A stretch of DNA of 64,000 nucleotides from Candidatus Atribacteria bacterium UBA6251 (GTDB taxonomy: Bacteria; Atribacterota; Phoenicimicrobiia; Phoenicimicrobiales; Phoenicimicrobiaceae). The stretch lies in contig DJVR01000045.1 in assembly GCA_002441285.1 (NCBI GenBank), positions 1,144-65,143 on the forward strand, in the 5' to 3' direction. The notes below the pieces were generated by a model. The model was not told the origin of the DNA, did no database searches, and worked only from the letters and a program-made list of their open reading frames with translations. Of this stretch, positions 47,169-56,362 are shown piece after piece. Made by a program: the position numbers and the translations under genes. Numbering within the stretch: position 1 is the stretch's first letter; every line of letters starts with the position of its first letter.

Positions 47169-48932
47169 TCATTTTGTATCTCCCTCTTCCTTCACTAAAG
47201 CTAAACACAACAAGGTATGAAACACTCTATCCGCAGTGGCCTGACTGAAAGTTTCTATAAGACTCATACCATGACACACATTATTGCGAAGATTCCATCC
47301 TCTTGGATCAGTAAATAAAACTCTTAAATAAAGGCACAAATATTCTCCGAACACTTTTATTATATACTCATCCCTTAACAACTCGTCCAATGTTCTATAG
47401 TTAAATCCCCCAGAACGTGAAGACTTTAAAACAGATAATCCGATAGTCTCTGCTAAATTTCTAACTAAAGCTTCAATCTGTGGGATCAAAATATGTAGAG
47501 CAATCTCAAATTGACTATTCAAATAAGCTTCAATACCTATTTCAAACAATTTTTTTCTTCTTTCATCAAAAATTGGACATTCATATAGATAATTAACTAT
47601 ATCCTCAGTATTTATATTAAACTTTTTAATAAATTTATTTATTGTTTCTCTTAGGAAAAATGATCCAAATTGCATGTTTTGTGAGATTTGAAGACCTATG
47701 TGTCCATCAATGTCTTCTTCTAATGAGCCAACGGCAGCAATCTCACGTCCCTCTTCATCAATGATTTTACGAGTAAAGAGGAAAGAAATAGAGGCTTTCT
47801 GAGACAGGTCTTTTAATTGTTTTGTAACTTCATCTTTTTTAGGAACGTAATAGATAGCAATTCTTTGACATGCCGTTTTAAAATCTCCATCAATTAAACT
47901 GTTAATAAACTTCTCAATTTCATTCTTTGGAATTTCCTTTGATACCTCAAGTCTTTTCATTTCTGATGGAATATTTTTTGATATTCCTCTTATTTTAATC
48001 AGAAGTTTATTTGCTTCTCTCTTTAATCCATACTGTAAATAAATGTGGTATAATTCTTTTAACCAAGTAACTCCTGCTAAAGGTGATGCTTGCTTTGCTA
48101 CCCTTTGGACCATGTCACCATATTCGAGTAATATATTTTTTGCCTTAGAAGATTCTTTATTTTTATAATAATCCGCTAACAACATTGCTGCTTTTTTGGT
48201 GGCCCAATGATTATTCCCTTTTAATAATCTTTCAAATCTATCCTCTAAATCTTTGATAATTTTTTGCTCTTCCTCTTGCGTTATCTGAATTTTTTTACTC
48301 TTTAGAAACAGTTCATAAGAAAACCCCCATAGACCTGGTTTATCATCTTCTGCTATTTTTTCTTCATAACTGATAATATTATTTTTTAACCTATCTATCC
48401 TCTCTTTATCGTTAATGGTTAATGCAAGAGATAAAGCGCGCTTCAACTTTTCTATCACATATACATCATGTTTATACAAATCTTTTTCTGCAATTTCTAT
48501 AATACTATCTACAAAGATTTTGGCAATTGAATAATGCGGTTTTCGTCTGTTAATTTTTTCTGAAAAATCCCAAACCAGATTAGAATATCTTTGCCTAAGA
48601 ATGGGATGTTTAGACTCTTTGGCCCTTTTTCCCCAATAAGAAAGAATTTCTGGAGTTACTTTTTGGATGCTTGGATATTCAACCATCTTTCCTTCTTTGT
48701 TAGGTAGGACAAACATAGGGCCAAAGTAAGTACCCCATCCTGATTTATCATTTGGGTAATTTTCTGTAAAATCAAAAGCCATTTGTTCCCAGAGCAGAAT
48801 TTCTGGTGGGCTTTGTTCAAATTTTTCTTTTATAAAGCTTTTAATTCTTTCAGATATTTCATGCTCCGATATTTGTTCTGATAGCGACTCCAGTTGACTC
48901 AGGAACTCTCTTATTTCCTTATTTATACTCAT
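47169..48932 (-). CDS. large hypothetical protein with C-terminal HEPN-like Rx4H motif (DUF4209-like)
   Basis: 587 aa. The C-terminal region FTDPRGWNLRNNVCHG contains R-x4-H. The protein is alpha-helical throughout with no other recognisable motif. Confidence 0.5.
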   Translation of the reverse strand: MSINKEIREFLSQLESLSEQISEHEISERIKSFIKEKFEQSPPEILLWEQMAFDFTENYPNDKSGWGTYFGPMFVLPNKEGKMVEYPSIQKVTPEILSYWGKRAKESKHPILRQRYSNLVWDFSEKINRRKPHYSIAKIFVDSIIEIAEKDLYKHDVYVIEKLKRALSLALTINDKERIDRLKNNIISYEEKIAEDDKPGLWGFSYELFLKSKKIQITQEEEQKIIKDLEDRFERLLKGNNHWATKKAAMLLADYYKNKESSKAKNILLEYGDMVQRVAKQASPLAGVTWLKELYHIYLQYGLKREANKLLIKIRGISKNIPSEMKRLEVSKEIPKNEIEKFINSLIDGDFKTACQRIAIYYVPKKDEVTKQLKDLSQKASISFLFTRKIIDEEGREIAAVGSLEEDIDGHIGLQISQNMQFGSFFLRETINKFIKKFNINTEDIVNYLYECPIFDERRKKLFEIGIEAYLNSQFEIALHILIPQIEALVRNLAETIGLSVLKSSRSGGFNYRTLDELLRDEYIIKVFGEYLCLYLRVLFTDPRGWNLRNNVCHGMSLIETFSQATADRVFHTLLCLALVKEEGDTK

Positions 48933-48972
48933 TTTCGGCCATCCTTATTTATTACGGAGCATTGCACATAAC

Positions 48973-49314
48973 TTAAAATAACCGAACTATTTCGTTTATG
49001 CCTCCAAATTGGTATATTTTGCGAAATACTTCGTTTATACACCACTCTGGCGAAACCTCAAATTGTAACTCTTTGTTGTCATTTACTTCCAAAATCCAAA
49101 GAGCTTTTAATCCGTCCAATATCCCGCCCGCTACCGTGAGTATAGATTTCCGTTGTTTTTGAACTCTTATCTCTTGAATATACCGTAAATCTATACCACC
49201 TTCTAAAAAATAGGTAGCAAAACTATGACACAAAGTATGAACAGTAACATGTTTAGCAATACCTGCTTTTTGGCTGGCATTTTTCAAAATCTTCTCTACC
49301 GTTCTTGTTGTCAA
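48973..49314 (-). pseudogene. tyrosine recombinase (XerC/D / IntI-like) C-terminal remnant
   Basis: It reads ...KHVTVHTLCHSFATYFLEGGIDLRYIQE, where the box-II Arg is replaced by Cys. A short deletion and frameshift then removes the LLGH. The true continuation KSSKTTEIYTHGSGRDIGRIKSSLDFGSK* is in another frame and ends at 49079. The N-terminal two thirds are absent. Confidence 0.75.
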
Positions 49315-49343
49315 ATGGCTATTCTGCTTTGATAAGAGGAAAG

Positions 49344-50345
49344 TTATAATTTTTTATCTTTTTGTTCTTTCAAGGCTTTTAATATTTTGTCAGGGGTTAT
49401 GGGAAGATCATAGAACCTTATTCCAATAGCATCAAAAATGGCATTAGCAATAGCTGGAGCGGTAGCAATAGTCCCTGGTTCACCAATACCTTTAGCTCCA
49501 AAAGGACCATCAGAGTCTTCTTTCTCAATTAAGCAGGTTTCAAATTGGGGCATATCCATAGCAGTTGGAATTAAATAATCAGTTAGATTGGCATTAAGGG
49601 TAACGCCATCTTTCAGAACTTGTTCTTCCATTAAAGCCATACCTATACCCTGCATAGCTCCTCCTTCTATCTGACCTTCCACATTTTGGGGGTTAATCGC
49701 TTTTCCAATATCCGCAGCAGTATAAATTTTTAATACCTGTACATTGCCAGTTATAGTATCCACTTCTACTTCAGCGATCTGAGTAACAAAAGTATAAGCT
49801 ACATATACTTTTTCTCCTCTCCCTGTTTCTGGATTAGGTTTATTTGTACGAGGGAAGAATGATGCCTCTGCTCTTAAAATTTCCCCTTTTTCTTTTACTT
49901 TCTGGGCTAATTCCCAAAAACTTATTTTATTATTCGGCTGGTCAACTCTAAAAACATAACCGCCTTTTACACTTAGTTCTGCATAATTACTTCTAAATTC
50001 TATACTTGCATAGTGATAGATATTACTTAATAGCGCTTGGGCAGCATTTTTTACTGCATTACCGGTAAAAAAGGTTTGCCGGGTAGCAGAAGAGGAGCCA
50101 GCATTTTTGGTTAAATGAGTATCCCCAGGAATAATTCTGATAACTTCTGGACTCACTTTCAGCACTTCCGCAGCAATCTGAACTACTACAGTAAGGACCC
50201 CCTGACCTACATCGGCAGCCGCAGTTCTCACTAAAATCTTATTGTCTTCTGCAAATTCAATAGAGGCAACAGAATAATCTGGAAAGCCTTCTCCATAACC
50301 AAAACCAAACATAATAGTGGCAATACCTCGCCCGAATCTTTTCAT
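49344..50345 (-). CDS. molybdenum hydroxylase Mo-binding subunit, C-terminal half (NdhM-like)
   Basis: 333 aa with the aldehyde oxidase/xanthine dehydrogenase MoCo-binding C-terminal region (GAKGIGEPG). Its ATG overlaps the upstream stop as ATGA. Confidence 0.8.
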   Translation of the reverse strand: MKRFGRGIATIMFGFGYGEGFPDYSVASIEFAEDNKILVRTAAADVGQGVLTVVVQIAAEVLKVSPEVIRIIPGDTHLTKNAGSSSATRQTFFTGNAVKNAAQALLSNIYHYASIEFRSNYAELSVKGGYVFRVDQPNNKISFWELAQKVKEKGEILRAEASFFPRTNKPNPETGRGEKVYVAYTFVTQIAEVEVDTITGNVQVLKIYTAADIGKAINPQNVEGQIEGGAMQGIGMALMEEQVLKDGVTLNANLTDYLIPTAMDMPQFETCLIEKEDSDGPFGAKGIGEPGTIATAPAIANAIFDAIGIRFYDLPITPDKILKALKEQKDKKL

Positions 50346-51613
50346 CTGGATTCCTCCTTCCAGTTAGCCATCCTAGCTGCTTCTTGAATAGTATCCTTTA
50401 CTCCTACACTGGTATTCAAGATTTGTTGGTTAGGAGTAGAAGAACCTATTTCATAAGCATTCTGCAAACGAAATCTAACTGGATCAATACCTAACTCAAA
50501 AGCCAGGATATCCATCTGAGATTCATATGCAAATGCCATCTGAGTCGTTCCAAATCCTCGCATAGCTCCCGCATAAGTATTATTAGTATAAATAGTATAA
50601 GCAACTCCCTTAACATTAGGCACATTATAGGGTCCAGTACAATGATACAACCCCTTACGCACTACTGCTGGTCCACTGGAAGCATAAGCTCCTGTATCTC
50701 CAATTACTTCTACCTGCCAGGCAGTAAGATAGCCTGTTTTAGTTGCTCCAGTCTTCGCCCGAACAATAAAAGCATGTCGTTTAGATTGAGTAATCATAGA
50801 CTCCTCTCTGGTATAAGTAAGCTTAACCGGTCTTTTAGTTAACATTGCTGCTAACGCAAGATGAAGATGTACAGAAATATCTTCTCTTTTGCCAAAGGCA
50901 CCCCCAATTGCAGGTTGTATGATCCTGATCTTTTCCTTAGGCAAACCCAGAGCTTGAGCCATATCGGCCTGGGTATCATGAATCCACTGGGTAGCAGCCC
51001 AAATGGTGATAACTTCAGTTTTCGCATCAAAAACTCCTAATCCGGACTCAACTTGAAGAGGAATATGATCTAAAAAACTAGTTCGATATTCTTTGTCTAC
51101 AATAAGATCTGCTTGGGCAAAACCTTTTTCTATATTGCCTTTTTCTAAATAATGAGTAGCCAGAATGTTTCCATTATTATGAATAGGAGGCGCATCTTTT
51201 TCTATCGCTCGAATAGGGTCTGAGATTACTTCTAATTTTTCTACCTCCACTTCGATGAGTCTTAGAGCCTGTGAAGCTATTTCTTTATTCTCTGCAATTA
51301 CTATTGCTAAAGCATCGCCCATATAACGCATCTTTTGGCCTATACCTATTAATACTGGTTGATCTTTAATTATTAAACCGAAGTTCTTTACCCAAGGGAT
51401 ATCAGCCGCCGTAATTATTTTTACTATTCCTGGTAATTTTTCTGCCTTACTAATATCCAGTTTGCGTAAAATAGCATGAGGATGAACCGCTCTTTTAATT
51501 TTTAAATACAACATACCTTCGAAAGATAAATCATCTGGATAAAGGGCTTTGCCAATAACCTTTTCTTTGGAGTCTACTTTAATAATATTTTCCCCCACAT
51601 ACATTTTAGACAT
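50342..51613 (-). CDS. molybdenum hydroxylase Mo-binding subunit, N-terminal half (NdhL-like)
   Basis: 423 aa with the a/b-hammerhead and first MoCo domain of the XDH family (GGAFGKRED, MRGFG). Confidence 0.8.
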   Translation of the reverse strand: MSKMYVGENIIKVDSKEKVIGKALYPDDLSFEGMLYLKIKRAVHPHAILRKLDISKAEKLPGIVKIITAADIPWVKNFGLIIKDQPVLIGIGQKMRYMGDALAIVIAENKEIASQALRLIEVEVEKLEVISDPIRAIEKDAPPIHNNGNILATHYLEKGNIEKGFAQADLIVDKEYRTSFLDHIPLQVESGLGVFDAKTEVITIWAATQWIHDTQADMAQALGLPKEKIRIIQPAIGGAFGKREDISVHLHLALAAMLTKRPVKLTYTREESMITQSKRHAFIVRAKTGATKTGYLTAWQVEVIGDTGAYASSGPAVVRKGLYHCTGPYNVPNVKGVAYTIYTNNTYAGAMRGFGTTQMAFAYESQMDILAFELGIDPVRFRLQNAYEIGSSTPNQQILNTSVGVKDTIQEAARMANWKEESR

Positions 51614-52121
51614 TTTTTTCTTTCCCCTTTTCCTCTTCTAATTGCTGAGTTAACCTTTTTGCGGCCAGATTAATAGCCTCTATAATCTTTTTATAACCAG
51701 TACATCGACAAAGATTACCAGAAATTCCTCTTTTAATCTCTTCAATATTAGGATGGGGGTTTTCTTCCAACAATTTTTTAGCAGCTAGCACCATTCCAGG
51801 AGTACAAAAACCGCATTGCACGGCTCCCGTTTCTATAAAAGCTTCCTGAATAGGATCTAATTTACCCTTTTCTCCTAGACCTTCAATAGTAATTATCTCA
51901 GCTCCATCCGCTTGAGGGGCTAAAACCAAACAGGATGCCACTAATTGATGGTTCATTATTATCGTACAAGCACCACATTCGCCTTTTCCACATCCTTCTT
52001 TAGTTCCAGTTAAATGAAGATCATCTCGGATTAAATCCAGTAAACGAGTAAAAGGAGTAGTCTCGATCTTTCTTTTTTGTCCATTAATAATAAATTCAAT
52101 GGTTAATTTATGGGTAGACAT
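51606..52121 (-). CDS. [2Fe-2S] small subunit of molybdenum hydroxylase
   Basis: Two cysteine clusters, CGKGECGACT and CGFCTPGM...CRCTGY. The probable start is the MSTHKLTIEF Met at 52121; the track ORF extends to 52157. Confidence 0.85.
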   Translation of the reverse strand: MSTHKLTIEFIINGQKRKIETTPFTRLLDLIRDDLHLTGTKEGCGKGECGACTIIMNHQLVASCLVLAPQADGAEIITIEGLGEKGKLDPIQEAFIETGAVQCGFCTPGMVLAAKKLLEENPHPNIEEIKRGISGNLCRCTGYKKIIEAINLAAKRLTQQLEEEKGKEKNV

Positions 52122-53011
52122 TTGTCCCTCCAGCAAGAATATATCTCTTCCAGACAATGAATCATTATTCTTCTGGCTACTTCTTTTCGATATTCTTTAG
52201 TTCCTCGGATATCGTCAATAGGTGAAATTTTGTCTTCCACTAATTGCGCCAGTTTAGTAAAATTCACCTGGCTAAAAGTTTTGCCTATCATTTCCTCCCT
52301 CACCTCTTTAATCTCCAGTGGTGTAGGAGCTATCGAACTGAGACAAACCTTTGCTCCTTGAATAATTTGATTATCCTCGCTCATTTTCACTACCATTGCC
52401 AAAGCAATGGTAGAAATAGCTAAAGCCTTTCTTTTTCCTACTTTAACCCAGCTACTATAACAATTTTGAGGAGGTAAAGGAAGGATTATCTGAGTTAATA
52501 ATTGATTGGGCTTAAGAATGGTTTTTTTAGGCCCAGTAAAAAATTGCTCAGCAGGTATGATATTCTTTTCATCCGAAGAGAGTAATACCAGCTTAGCTTC
52601 ATAAGCTATTAAAGGGGATAAAAGATCTCCAGCTGGAGAAGCATTTACTATATTGCCCCCTATAGTTCCTCTATTTCTAATCTGGGGAGAACCTATCTCT
52701 GCTGCTGCTCTGGACAAAATTGGGAAATAATTTTTTATCTGAGGAGATTTTTCTAATTGGCTATGAGTGATCATTGCTCCGATAGAAACCTCGGAACTGT
52801 TTAATTCTATCTTTTTTAATTCAGTAAGATTCTTTAAATCCAGCCAGCCGGCAATTTCATATAAGCGGTCGTGGTATTGAACTAATAAATCACTCCCCCC
52901 GGCAATTATTTTAATTTCTTTTCCATACTTAGATAAAATTTCTAAGGCTTCCGGTATTTGCTGGGGAGAAAAATACTGACCCTCTTGATTTTTCAAGTGA
53001 TGATTATCCAT
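52103..53011 (-). CDS. FAD-binding medium subunit of molybdenum hydroxylase
   Basis: 302 aa, CoxM/XdhB-like (IIAGGSDL, TIGGNIVNASPAGD). Confidence 0.85.
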   Translation of the reverse strand: MDNHHLKNQEGQYFSPQQIPEALEILSKYGKEIKIIAGGSDLLVQYHDRLYEIAGWLDLKNLTELKKIELNSSEVSIGAMITHSQLEKSPQIKNYFPILSRAAAEIGSPQIRNRGTIGGNIVNASPAGDLLSPLIAYEAKLVLLSSDEKNIIPAEQFFTGPKKTILKPNQLLTQIILPLPPQNCYSSWVKVGKRKALAISTIALAMVVKMSEDNQIIQGAKVCLSSIAPTPLEIKEVREEMIGKTFSQVNFTKLAQLVEDKISPIDDIRGTKEYRKEVARRIMIHCLEEIYSCWRDKCLPIN

Positions 53012-53157
53012 AAGGTTTTATCAACCATCCTGTATATATGTTTATTTTAACATTATAAACCTTCTTTTCAAATAGAAAGTTATAAAAATTAGCTTATCTC
53101 CTTTTTATCACTCAAATCACTCTATTCTTCATCTTTGAAATCAATCAACTTATCCTT

Positions 53158-56100
53158 CTATAAACTGGAATAAAACAGATGAAGATAATTTTTCAAGATA
53201 CTGGAGATTAGAAAAATGACTTGCTGTTCTTCTTGATTATTTATTTCTTCCAAATTTTGATGACCAAAAGTGATCAATTCACCTTTTTTATCATAGTTCA
53301 ATTTTAGGTTTTTCTTTCTTAATCTTAAAGTAATTAAATAATTATTTTCTTCTCTTTCCATAAAAAAGCCACTATTGTTACTATTTTGAAAATCTTCTCT
53401 ATTAATAAAAAGAGTAAGTTTATCCCGATATGGTTGGCCCTGATAAGGGCAAAAAGTAGCACAATTTCCACATTCATTACAAAGGGCATCCAGGTGTAGT
53501 ATTTGATAAAAATCTTGAAAAATGTTTTCTTTATGTAATTCTATAGCCACGTTAGCTCGGTTAGGGCAAACATCTACACATTTATTGCAGAGGATTTTAC
53601 AATTTAAACATCTTTCTGCCTCTTGCTGGATAAATAAATTCTCCTCCTTACCTAATTTCCCCAGGATAATTCGTCCTTTTTTCTGGTAAATTTCTTTAAG
53701 GAGACCTTTCTTATCCGGATGAAGAGAAATATCCTTCACATTTATGCTTTTCTTCAAGGAGTTTTCCCTTTTAATAATCGCTTCTGCCACTTTACGGGCA
53801 TCAGCGATCGCTTGAACTACGGAAGAAGGACCACGATAGACATCTCCACCTATAAAGACATTATTCAAATTTGTTTCCAGGGTTTCGGGATCAACTTCTA
53901 ACTGATTTTTCTGATTAATATTTATACCTTTTTGCCTCAAAAGGGAAATATTCGGTTTCTCTCCAATGGCACTGATTATTGAATCTACTTTAATCTCCAT
54001 TTGTTTATCGGTAGGAATAGGTTTTCGACGACCACTCTGGTCTGTCTCACCCAAAACCATTTGACGACATTTTAATATACCATTGGACCAGAAAGACTCT
54101 GGAGCTAAGAGGGAATAGAAATTTACTCCTTCTTGAAGAGCAAGCTTAAACTCTTCTGGATAGGCTGGCATTTCCTGCTTAGTCCGACGATAAAGGAGGT
54201 AAACTTGCTCTACCCCTTGGCAGCGTAAAGCTGCCCGAGCACAATCCACGGCAGTATTTCCTCCACCAATTATCGCTACTTTTTTACCTAACCAGATATT
54301 CTTTCTTCTCTGATTAAAAGATGATAAAAAATCAAGGGCTTCATAGATTTTTTTATTATCACCTGATAAAGATAATTTCTGAGAAATCCCTGCTCCAATT
54401 CCAATAAAGATATATTTATATCCCTGCTCTTTTAATTGATCCAGGGAAATCTCTTCTAATTCTCCTGGTTGAAAATTAACTCCCATTTTCTGGATTATGG
54501 AGATATCTTTCTCAATGGCTTCCCCAGGTATTCTAAAACTTGGCAAGACCTGACCAACTACTCCTCCGGGAGATTCGCTCCTATCCCAAATAGTTACTTT
54601 AAAACCAGCTTGAGCTAAAAAGTAAGCCACAGATAATCCTGCTGGTCCTGCTCCAATAATCGCCACTTGAGCTCCTAAGGGTTCAAAGGGTTCACTCTCT
54701 CTTATAGGAAGCTTACTTTCTGCCTGTTCTGCCACTATCCTTTTCACTTCTCGAATATTTACTGCTTGATCATAGTCCAAGCGGGTACAATTATCTGCAC
54801 ACTTCTGTTCACAAATATATCCAGTAATATGAGGAAGAGGGTTTTTTAGATAGATAAGTTGCAAAGCAGTATTATATTCCCCCTTCCCAGCATAAAAAAT
54901 ATATTCCGGAATATCTTGCTGAATTGAACAGGAAAAAACACAAGGAGCTACATAACAATCCATAAGGGGCAATTCTTTATCAATCTTGCAACTCTTATTC
55001 CCCCTCCATTCTTTTCGGTAATACTCTTCTTCTTTTGCCTTTTGACTTAATCTCTGTAATTTGGTTAGATCAATCCCTTCACTCTCTCCCTGTTCGCTCA
55101 TACTTTCCTCTAATCTTCGAGCCATTTCTCCCATCCTTAAATAACCTCCGGGTTTTAGTAAATCAGTAACCAGGGTAATGGGCGAAATACCTGTGGCATA
55201 GATCTGCTGAATATTTATTTGCGAGGCTCCTCCAGCATAGGAGATAGGAAGTTTACCTTGAAATTCGCGAGCTAAATAATAAGCCAAAGTAATGGTAAGA
55301 GGAAATAAGATACGTCCGGATAAGTACATTTCTTCTCCCGGGAGCACCTCTCCCTTATTTACAGTAGCTAAAGTATTAGATAATTTTATTCCCAAGTGAA
55401 GATTACTCTCCTGAGCAGATTCTGCTAGATTAGTCAATATGGACTTTGCTTCCCCCCATTGTAAATCATTTTTAAAACTAGATTCCTTTAGAGTAATATA
55501 ATCAAATCCCAATTCATCCAGTAAAGTTCTTACCTTATCTAGCCCCAACAAGGTGGGATTTAATTTAATATAGATAGATAATTTTTTCTCTTTCAGAATA
55601 TATTTCCCAATCGCTTCGATTTCATCAGGAGGACAACCATGCATAGTAGAAAGAGTAGCAGAATGAGCAATGTGGGGCGAGATCGTTCGCGAAATACCTT
55701 TTAAAGATTCAATTTTATCTGGAGAAGAGATAGTCTCCTGCCAATCTTCCTTTTGTAACCAGGTTTCTAACTCTTCTAGATAACGATTAAATTCCTGATG
55801 GTGAGATGAATCGGTTAGATTACTAATAAAAGATTCCATCCCGGGTGATTGAATACCTTTCAGGTCATAACCTATGCTCATATTAAAGACAAAAGAAGGC
55901 TTTAAGTTTGTTCTAAAACCAAAAGCTTCCTCAATAAAATGTAAGAGAATCCAGGCTTTAGCATATTCCTGATAAGCTTGTTTTAAAGATAGTTCGGTAG
56001 ACCATTCGGTATTATAACCTTCATCCCGAATATCAATACAGGGTTTATCTATAGTTAGATTATCTAATTTTTGTACTGTTTTTAACTCAATAAAACGAGC

Positions 56101-56328
56101 TCCCACCAGATAGGCAGAAATAATATTCTGGGCTAATTGAGTATGTGGTCCAGCTGCCGGACCCAGAGGTAGAGCACAATTTTGATCAAATACCTTGCTT
56201 ACCCTTTGGGTTTTTTTACGAAAAAAACATGATTCTGGAATACCAAAAATAGTTTTATGCTGTAAATATTCATTGACTATCCAGTATAATAAATCTCGAA
56301 AAGGAATTGGTCTCATCTTATCACCCAT
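53158..56328 (-). CDS. ygfK: YgfK-like Fe-S flavoprotein (putative selenate reductase subunit YgfK family)
   Basis: 1056 aa with an N-terminal DPD-like TIM region, a GltD-like FAD/NAD(P) domain (VAIIGAGPAGLSVA, VAIIGGGNTAVDCA) and C-terminal 4Fe-4S cysteine motifs (CLNCKILCNKCVDVCP, CNECGNCATFCP). Confidence 0.75.
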   Translation of the reverse strand: MGDKMRPIPFRDLLYWIVNEYLQHKTIFGIPESCFFRKKTQRVSKVFDQNCALPLGPAAGPHTQLAQNIISAYLVGARFIELKTVQKLDNLTIDKPCIDIRDEGYNTEWSTELSLKQAYQEYAKAWILLHFIEEAFGFRTNLKPSFVFNMSIGYDLKGIQSPGMESFISNLTDSSHHQEFNRYLEELETWLQKEDWQETISSPDKIESLKGISRTISPHIAHSATLSTMHGCPPDEIEAIGKYILKEKKLSIYIKLNPTLLGLDKVRTLLDELGFDYITLKESSFKNDLQWGEAKSILTNLAESAQESNLHLGIKLSNTLATVNKGEVLPGEEMYLSGRILFPLTITLAYYLAREFQGKLPISYAGGASQINIQQIYATGISPITLVTDLLKPGGYLRMGEMARRLEESMSEQGESEGIDLTKLQRLSQKAKEEEYYRKEWRGNKSCKIDKELPLMDCYVAPCVFSCSIQQDIPEYIFYAGKGEYNTALQLIYLKNPLPHITGYICEQKCADNCTRLDYDQAVNIREVKRIVAEQAESKLPIRESEPFEPLGAQVAIIGAGPAGLSVAYFLAQAGFKVTIWDRSESPGGVVGQVLPSFRIPGEAIEKDISIIQKMGVNFQPGELEEISLDQLKEQGYKYIFIGIGAGISQKLSLSGDNKKIYEALDFLSSFNQRRKNIWLGKKVAIIGGGNTAVDCARAALRCQGVEQVYLLYRRTKQEMPAYPEEFKLALQEGVNFYSLLAPESFWSNGILKCRQMVLGETDQSGRRKPIPTDKQMEIKVDSIISAIGEKPNISLLRQKGININQKNQLEVDPETLETNLNNVFIGGDVYRGPSSVVQAIADARKVAEAIIKRENSLKKSINVKDISLHPDKKGLLKEIYQKKGRIILGKLGKEENLFIQQEAERCLNCKILCNKCVDVCPNRANVAIELHKENIFQDFYQILHLDALCNECGNCATFCPYQGQPYRDKLTLFINREDFQNSNNSGFFMEREENNYLITLRLRKKNLKLNYDKKGELITFGHQNLEEINNQEEQQVIFLISSILKNYLHLFYSSL

Positions 56329-56362
56329 AATTTATCTCCTTTTTTAAATAAATAGTTTTATA

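Noticed and set aside
50342-50345. The ATGA junction between the two Mo-subunit ORFs as a frameshift pseudogene or a Sec-recoded UGA
   Set aside because: Read-through of the TGA would not join the downstream frame, which is offset by one base. Both halves look intact, and the split matches the known NdhL/NdhM architecture. I treat it as native translational coupling.
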